From the NCBI RefSeq assembly GCF_009914755.1, contig NC_060933.1: a DNA stretch of 64,000 nucleotides. The stretch is one strand, 5' to 3'. Positions 53,798-64,000 of this stretch are shown here, in pieces (positions within the stretch are counted from its first letter, which is position 1; each line of letters opens with the position of its first letter). Source of the DNA: the human T2T-CHM13v2.0 reference genome, Homo sapiens. Both the position numbers and the translations under genes were made by a program. Under the pieces are notes generated by a model, which was given only the letters and a program-made list of their open reading frames with translations, searched no databases and had not been told where the DNA came from.

Positions 53798-54984
53798 GCA
53801 TACTTTTTAAAATAATAAATTATCCAATACTATCTAACTATGGAGACTATCATTGGGTTCATTCATAAGATATAGTGACCTTAACCCCATTCATTCAAAC
53901 CATATCAGATTCTCTTTTTTTAGTGCATTGAAACATTATTCTTTGCCAACCTTCTGTATTGATAAACATCAGGATGGCACCAAAAATCTAAAATATGCAA
54001 TTCTATAAAATGTGGCAGTTGTAAATGTGAATTTGGTGGGAACTTAATACCTGAACCATTATTTCCTCAGTTGGCAAAGTGAAGTTGTTTCCTCTTCTTT
54101 ATGAGATTGCAGCAGAAACATGCAATTTAAAAAGCAAGAGAGAATTAGGGATCACTCAGGCCCAACTCGATTCCACCATAACCCTCATTTTTCAACCAAA
54201 GTAAAAGAATCTCATGCATGTTGCGTGACTAGCTGTTGGAGATGTTCTTGTTAGGACCCCTTCATGAGTAGTACCATGTCTTCTGGCTCTCGGCCTGCTG
54301 CTCTGTCCACATGACATAGAAGAGTCACAACAAGGTGACAGACAGTCACAAGTGCTGCAAAATCATTGAACAAATGAACAACTGTGGGTTCCTTTTCAGT
54401 TACTAGCAAAACATAGGTGCAAAACTAAAATTGTTATATTTATATTTATACCATTAATAAATGTTACAAGGTTATAAACATCATACAATGTATGAGGGAT
54501 TCCTGTTATCTTTCTTATAAACCCACTGTATAGATGCTTTCCCGCACATGCTGTTCTATCAGAGACCCTTTTCCTGTTTCTGCCTGCCTTCTTGATCTCA
54601 TCCAAAAGGTCAGAAGAGTCTGGCTCTCACCTGCAGGTTCAAGGAAGCCCCAGTAGCACACTCATGGCTTTCTACTCTCTCCTATTCTCCACTGCAACTT
54701 AAAGATCCTTCACATCTTACCTCAAGACAACAACTCCATGGTCACGGCAAAGCATTAAGTATAACTACTATATATTTTTTACAAATATACTTTAAATTAT
54801 CTCATATCAATGAAAAGAAACACATATATGGAGTAAAAAAAAAAAAGTCATTCACTTCACACCGCTGGCTCTCTCACTTGGGGATCAGGGAACACTAATT
54901 TCTTGAAGATCCTTCCAGAAATAATCCTGTACCTTTATATGCATGTATATGTATAAATCTTATTTGGAAATTTCAACTGAGAAC

Positions 54985-55790
<806 letters not shown>

Positions 55791-56055
55791 AGCACAATAT
55801 GCACACTATTCTGTATTTTGCCTTTTTAAAAGGCAATATATATTAACGTTATCAGTAAATATGACCTTATTTTTTCATGGCTGCTTGTTATTCTGGGGCA
55901 TGGAGGCACTATTATTTGCTTAGTCAGCCACCTATTGCTGGAGAACTGGACCTGTACTATTTCACTGTTATAAAAATTGATACAATTAACATCTCCATTT
56001 AGCGGGGGATATGAGTATTTCTCATAAGAATCACCATTTAGAAAAGAATGAATAT

Positions 56056-56447
<392 letters not shown>

Positions 56448-57458
56448 TTATTTATTTGTATGACATTGCCAATTATCCCTCTTGTGTTATTTTTAAAATT
56501 TTCCCACCAGCCGTCTAAATGACTGTCACCTACTCCCCACACCCTAAGGCAGCAATTTCTGATTTGGAACCATGGGAATTTCACTTTCACAATTTCATCT
56601 GCCAACATGCAATAACATCTGTCTCTATGCTGATGTGGTTGTGCATCTGGGCCTGGGTTTAAATCTCTGTACCACCTTAACTAGCAAAGTGACATTATGC
56701 AACTGACAATCTCTTGTGATTTTTCTGTGAATTAATTGAATATTTACGTGTAACACACCAAGTGTTCTGCAAATGCTAGCTTTACTGGTTTATTTAGTAT
56801 TCTAATTTAAATTGATAAAATTCTTTTTATGATTGTCTTCTGCTAAGCAGTAATATTTAAGGCTGATGTGTGATTTATATATTATTCCAAGACATATAAC
56901 TACAAGAAATATGCTTTTCCTATCCATAATTTTAAAAGCACTGTGTTAATCAACAGAATATTATTAAATATTTGGACAGTATCAGTTTGAAAAGTTAAGT
57001 GAAGTTATATCTCATTGCTGTGACCCTTCTTTTGTGGTACGTTCTTCAAGGTAAAAACAAAATATGTATCAATCAAATGAAACACTGTTTTGTTCTGAAT
57101 GTTAAATTTGCTTTGAGTAATTGCTTATTGTTTTTCTTCTAAAATACCATATTCCCAGGATGTTCTAGGAACTTCTGTTTGGCAAAAGTAAAATCCTTAT
57201 CACATGAAGAACCTGCACGGTAGGAAAGAAAATTATCTTACAGTTTAAGTTGTCAGTGAATTTGAATAGTAATGCCCAACTTGAACTCATGAGAAGTAGT
57301 TAACCTTTTCAATTAGAGTTCTGATGAGTTTTTAATATAAGCAATAAATCCCTAATTATTATTATAGAAAGCACAAATTAGGGAAAAATTACAGTCCTCA
57401 AAGACATGGCTAAATCTAAACTCTTAGGTGCCTGGAAATTATTTACTGATAGAAGTAA

Positions 57459-57854
<396 letters not shown>

Positions 57855-59842
57855 TGGAGCTGGGTTCTTAAGGCCCATCCAATTGCAGGGATAGGCAGTA
57901 GGTCAGGGTGGCACATGAACACAGTTTGGAAAAGTCTACACAATTTCAGATGGCTGAAAGTTGAGGTAAAAGGCCGAAATTAAACCAGTCTATTCCACAG
58001 AATAAATGTTCTTGTTGATATTTGAAGTGCACCCAAGAAGTACAGAGTTGCAAATGATTCACTAAATTTACTTCATTCTGCTCCAAGTACCTAAGGGTAC
58101 AAGGAATTGGAATCTTCTGCCTTCCTTTTTAGGGGGCAGATGAGAAATAAGAGAAAGGGAAGCCTCTGAGAACAGGGAGGTAGAAGGGAGAGCAAAGGGT
58201 CTGTTGTAAGGGGTGTGGGAGAGACAGCAGATTTGGAAGCAGGGTACATCCAGCCCTCTCTGGCCTTCTTGGATGAGCCTCTCTCCTCCCATCTTTGGGA
58301 CTACAATGGGGATTACCTCGTTTTTGTTTTTTTGAAGAAAGCATGGTTACATTTGTCTTATATATTTTTTAATTTGTATGAATTTATGGGTAACAAGTGC
58401 AATTTTGTTACATGCATAGTGGTCAAGGCAGAACTTTTAGGGTATCCATCACCCAAATGCTGCAGATTGTACCCATTAGTAATTTCTCATCATCCCCCCA
58501 CAATTCTGAGTCCCCACTGCCTATCATTCCACTGTCTACATCCATGCAGACACTTTTTTTAGCACTCACTTATGAGCGACATCTTTCTATATCTGGCTTA
58601 TTTCGCTTAAGATAATGACCTCCAGTTCCAACCATGTTGCTGCAAAATACATGATTTCATTCTTTTTGTGGCTGAATAGAATTCTATCAGGTATATATAC
58701 CACATGTTCTTTATCCAGTCATCCACTGGTGGACCCTTAGGTTGATTCCATATCTTTTCTATTGTGAATAGTGCTACAAGAAACATGAGTGCAGGTACCT
58801 CTTTGATATATTGATTTATTTTCCTTTGAGTAGATACCCAGTAGTAAGGTTGTGGGATCGAACAGTCGTTCTAGTTTTAGTTCTTTGGGAAATCTCTAGT
58901 TTCAATAAAGGTTGTACTAATTTACATTCCCATCAACAGCATACAAACATTCCTTTTTCTCCATATCCTCACCAACATAGCAGATGAGACATTTTATCTT
59001 TTTAATAATAGCCATTTTAATGAAGATGATATCTTATTATGGTTTTAATTTACATTTCTCTGATGATTAGTGTTGAGCATTTTTTTTATATGCCCATGCT
59101 GGCCATTTGTGTGTCTTCTTTTGAAAAATGTCTATTTATATCCTTTGACCACTTTTAAAGAACATTATTTGTTCTTTTTCTTTTTTTTTTTAATTTTTTT
59201 TTTTAGACAGAGTTTCCCTCTGTCGCCAAGGCTGGAGTGCAATGTGGAGTGCAGTGGTGCAACTTTGGCTCACTGCAACCTCCACCTCCCAGATTCAAGG
59301 GATTCTTGCCTCTCAGCCTCCCGAATAGCTGGGATTACATGTGCCCACCACCATGCCCGGCTAATTTTTGTAGTTTTAGTAGAAACGGGCTATCGCTATG
59401 TTGGCCAGGCGGGTCTCAAACTCCTTAAGTGGTCCAGTCGTCCTGGCCTCTGAAAGTGCTGGGATTATAAACGTGAGCCACCATGCCTGGCCTTGTTTGC
59501 GCTTTTTGTTGTTGTTGAGGGAGTTGTTTGAGCTTCTTCTATATTATGGATATTAGTCCCCTATGGGATAAATAGTTTTCAAATATTTTCTCCTGTGCAT
59601 TGTCTGTTTACACACCTGGTTATTTCTTTTGTTGTGCAGAAGCTTTTTAGTTTAATTGTCCCATTTGTCTAATTTTGGTTTTGTTCCCTGTCCTTTTAGG
59701 TCTTAAGTCATAAATTCTTTGCCTAGACCAATGTCCAGAAGAATTTTCTCAAGGTTTTTAGTATTTTGATAGTTTTGGGTCTTATATTTAAGTCTTTAAT
59801 ACATCTTAAGTTGATTTTTGCATATGGTGAGAGATAAAGGTC

Positions 59843-60334
59843 TGTGTCCAGATTTGGTTCCTGCCAGTGGGTTGGTGGTCTCGCTGACTTCAAGAATGAA
59901 GTCACAGACCTTCACGGTGAGTGTTACAGCTTTTAAAGGTGGCACGGACCCAAAGAGTGAGCAGCAGCAAGATTCACTGTGAAAAGCGAAAGAACACAGC
60001 TTCCACACATGGAAGGTAACCCAAGCAGATTGCCACTGCCAGCTGAGGTGGCCAGCTTTTATTCCCTTATTTGTCCCTGCCCATGTTTGGTTTTTGTCCT
60101 ATCAGAGTGCCCTTTTTTCAATCCTCCCTGTGATTGGCTACTTTTAGCTACTGCTGATTGGTGCATTTTACAGAGCACTGATTGGTGCATTTTACAGAGC
60201 GTTGATTGGTGCATTTTATAATCCTCTTGCTAGCTACAGAGCACTGATTGGTGCATTTTACGATCCTCTTTTAAGACAGAAAAGTTCTCCAAATCCCCAC
60301 TCGACCCAGGAAGTCCAGCTGGCTTCACCTCTCA
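59843..60334 (-). mobile_element. LTR12-family (HERV9) solo LTR
   Basis: Minus strand begins TGAGAGGTGAAGCCAGCTGGACTTCCTGGGTCGAG; tandem CTGATTGGTGCATTTTA units; TSD GGTC/GGTT. Confidence 0.9.
60130..60260 (-). promoter_or_regulatory. Array of five CCAAT (NF-Y) boxes in LTR12
   Basis: Five GATTGG motifs on the + strand in about 130 nt; LTR12 CCAAT arrays are known NF-Y sites. Confidence 0.65.
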
Positions 60335-60762
60335 GGTTCTGTTTTATTTTCCTGCATATGGCTATCTAATTTCCCAGCACCGTTTATTGAAAAGGATGTC
60401 CTTTCTTCAGTGTCTCTTCCTGTTAGTTTTGTCAAAGACCAGTTGGCTGTAACTATGTCGTGTTATTTCTGGGTTCTGTATTTTGTTTTATTGATCTATG
60501 TGTCTGTTTTTACAGAAGTATTACACTGTTTTGGTTACCATAGCCTTGTAACATAATTTCATATCAGGTAACGTGATGCCTCCAGTTTTGTTCTTTTTGC
60601 TTAGAATTGATTTTGCTATTTGGGCTCTTTTTTCTGGTTCCATAAGGATTTAACATTTTTTTTTCTAATTCTGTGAAAAATGACATTGGTATTTTGATAG
60701 GGATTGCATTTCATCTATAGATTGCTTTGGGCATTATGGTCTTTTTTTTTTTTTTTTTTTGA

Positions 60763-60915
<153 letters not shown>

Positions 60916-63454
60916 TAGAGACGGGGTTTCACTGTGTTAGGCAGGATGGTCTTGATCTCCTGACCTCATGATCTGCCTGCCTCAGCCTCCCAAAGTGGGT
61001 CATTTTAACAATATTAATTTTTCTGATCCATAAGCATGGAATATTTTTCCATTCGTTTGTCTCACTGACAGTTTCTTTCATCAGTGTTTTATAGTTTTCC
61101 TTGTAGAGATGTTTCACCTCCTTGCTTAAATGTATTCCTAGGTAGTTTATTTTTTGTAGCTCTTGTAAATAAGATTTCCTTCTCAGCTAGTTTGTTATTG
61201 GTGTATAGAAATGCTACTGACTTTTGTATATTACTTTTGTATCAATTTTACTAAATAAACTTACTAAATTCATTTATCAAATCCAAGAGTGTTTTGGTGG
61301 AGTCTCTAGGTTTTTCTAGACAGGTAATCCTATCATCAGCAAACGGAAATAATTTGATTTTCTCTTTTCCAATTTGAATGTCTTTTAATTCTTTCTCTTA
61401 CCTGATTGCTGTGGCTAGGACTTCTAATACTATATCAAATAGGAGTGGTGAAAGTGGGAATACTTGTTTTGTTCCAGTTCTTGAGAAAATGCTTTCAACC
61501 TTTCCCCCATTCAGTATGATGTTGGTTGTGGGTTTGTCATATAAGCCTTTTATTATTTGAGGTATGTTACTTCCATGTCAAGTTATTTGAGGGTTTTTTT
61601 TTTTATCATGAAGGGATGCTGAATTTTATCAAATGATTTTTCTGCATCTATTGAGGTTTTTAATCCTTCATTCTATTTTCGTGATGTATCACATTTATTA
61701 ATTTGCATATGTTGAACTATCCTTCCATTCCTTATGTACAACCCACTTGATCATGGTGTATTACCTTTTTGATGTGCTCTTGAATTCCATTTGCTAGTAT
61801 TTTGTTGAGGATTTTTGTGTCTATGTTTATCAGAGATATTGGCATGTAGTTTTCTTTTTTTGTTTTGTTTTGTCTTTGTCTGGTTTTAGTATCAGAGTGA
61901 TACTGGCCTTGTTACATGAGGAATGAAGAAGTCCCTCCTCCCAGATTATTTGGAACAGTTTCAGGAAGATTGGTATTAGTTCTTTGTACATTTTATGGAA
62001 TTCAGCTATGAATCCATCAGGTCCTGGACTTTTTTTTTCCATGGGAAATTTATTTATTACTGATTCAATCCTGCTACTCATTATTGGTCTATTCTGGTTT
62101 TCAGTTTCTTCCTTCTTCAATCTTAGGAGGTTGTATGTTTCCAGGAATTTAGCCATTTCCTGGGGATTTTTTTGGTTTGTGAGCATGTAGTTGTTCATAA
62201 TAGTCACAGATGAAATTTTGTTTTTCTGTGGTATCACTTGTAAGTCTTCTTTTCATTTCTGATTTTGTCTCTTCTCTTTTCTTGGTTGCTAGCAGTTTAT
62301 CAATTTTGTTTCTCTTTTCAAAGAACCAACTTTTTGTTTCATTGCTCCTTTGAATGGTATTCTTACATAGATGCAATGATAATATGTCCTATAGGCTTTA
62401 GAAGAATCTTAGTGCATTGTCAAAGAAACATTTTTAGTTGAGCACATACATTATGAGCAAAGGAGTGGCATTAGATCTTCATAGTAGAAACAGTTATAGT
62501 GTTTCTAATACATGTGTTTCTTAGAGAGAATCTAACAACATTGAAAGGGCCTACTCACAAAGGCCACTGTGCAAAGATAACAGGAAACTCCCCAAAAGCT
62601 TATCTTCAAGTTAGCTGCATCAAGTCCTGTGGTGCTTGAAAATCTCTCCATTAATGCTGAATTGAAGACTACAGGGAGATGAAAAGACTGTAGGATTAAT
62701 ATGCTTCATCACGATAATCTATAATATTAAGAAATAATTTAAAATTGTTGAACAAATATGTCATGGTGTATGTCCCAAAGGTTCATTATGGGCTATTGAA
62801 TTAATAACTTTATAAATCTATTCACATATCACCTAAGACATAAAATTATTTTGAAAAGAAACAGTGGAATTTGATATACAAACATTTTAGAACTCGAATT
62901 GCCTTGTAAAGATGTCCACATATGATTGGGAAAGAAGGCAGACCTTCCCAGAGGGAGTGAGTAAAGCATCATCAGCAAATAATAAGTTAAACAAAGTGAA
63001 TAAAAGCTTATTGTTAGGTATGTAATGTTTGTGACAATATTGTAGGAAATATTGTACATAAAATGCTGTATGGAGTATAAACTCAGATGTAACAGGATCA
63101 TATTTGAAAATAGTAAATATGTTTAATATTCTTCTTCTTAGTAAATCATGTTCCCTAGCCATCATTTTACCTTATTGCAATACCAATCCAAAAAGAGGAG
63201 AATAAGAGGCCATGTAGTTCCACATCAGCCCAGAAAAGGCGTCCCCTCTTTCTGGTCATGACAGATTATGAGAATGAAAAGGGGATGAAGGCAGAAAGTT
63301 CAGGAGGTGAGACACGTATCTAAACTCCTCTATCAGAGCTAAAGTCCCAGAAGTCAAGTCTTCTTAGCTACACTGAGGAACAAGTGAAGAAGAGATGATG
63401 ACTTTAATTTAGCTTCCTACTTGAGTTTTTGAAGGGAGATCACTTAGCAGGGTA

Positions 63455-63660
63455 CTTGTGGTAGCCTGTTCAACAAATGTTTCCGGTTCTTTTCCCTTTC
63501 AGGTACACAGCATAATTGTAATTCCTGTCCACTTGAGGTAGGGTGGAACTATGTAACTAATTCTGCCCAATGACTTGTGAGTGGAAGTGGAAGCATTTGA
63601 TTACCAGAGTGAGACCATCCAGAGCTCTTCTTTTCCCTCTGGCACAGAGTTTTTCACATG
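63455..63660 (+). mobile_element. MLT1-type LTR fragment
   Basis: TGTGGTAG...AATTCTGCCCAATGACTTGTGAGTGGAAGTG. Confidence 0.55.
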
Positions 63661-64000
63661 TCTTTCAAGACAACACATATATTAGCTGAGAATATGGGTA
63701 CAAATTAACAGAGGAAATGATCAGGAAGTTAATTGAGTCTGTAGTCAAGGGCAGAAATGCTACTCAATGCCAGCAATCAGGTAGGCCTTACAATCAGAGT
63801 TTGGAGTGCCTATAGCATCAGCAGAAATGATGTGGCACTCATCAGCAAAGGGCGATGTACTTGTTTCTGGGAGTATGGCCTATACCAACTGAATGGCCAG
63901 TGGGACGTAGCAACCACAGACTTTGGAAGTGGTGTTAAAGAAAACACCTGTGATTAAGTATAGATTAACTATACCTTAGTGATGTCATCTAAGGACCTAA

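Noticed and set aside
60150-60260. Regularly spaced ~24-nt direct repeats, superficially CRISPR-like
   Set aside because: Standard LTR12 CCAAT tandem units in eukaryotic DNA; no unique spacers or cas genes.
63757-63957. 66-aa ORF at the window end
   Set aside because: No recognisable homology or exon context.

Overview
Primate (human-like) genomic DNA, AT-rich and dominated by interspersed repeats: about 35 Alus, L1/L2/MIR fragments, many solo LTRs (MaLR, MER41A, MER4, MER61, LTR12 and others) and MER-type DNA transposons, often deeply nested. I find no intact protein-coding gene; nearly all supplied ORFs are Alu, L1 or LTR translations. Two non-repeat features stand out. (1) On the minus strand, decayed exons of an unprocessed, strongly diverged contactin-associated-protein gene (CNTNAP3/CNTNAP4-like, laminin-G and EGF region) lie in the correct order. 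The exon-5, -6 and -8 equivalents are at about 29.9-27.8 kb and a probable exon 11 is at about 19.5 kb, with stops, frameshifts and damaged splice sites. This looks like the fossil of an old paralogue rather than one of the near-identical CNTNAP3 duplicates. (2) A 2.6 kb GC/CpG-rich processed copy of an mRNA 3' UTR (tentatively NFIC) at 34.8-37.35 kb is inserted in a THE1 element. Its 5' side appears lost through an Alu-mediated deletion. Family and subfamily names and reference protein sequences come from recall and need confirmation by search; repeat boundaries are approximate.
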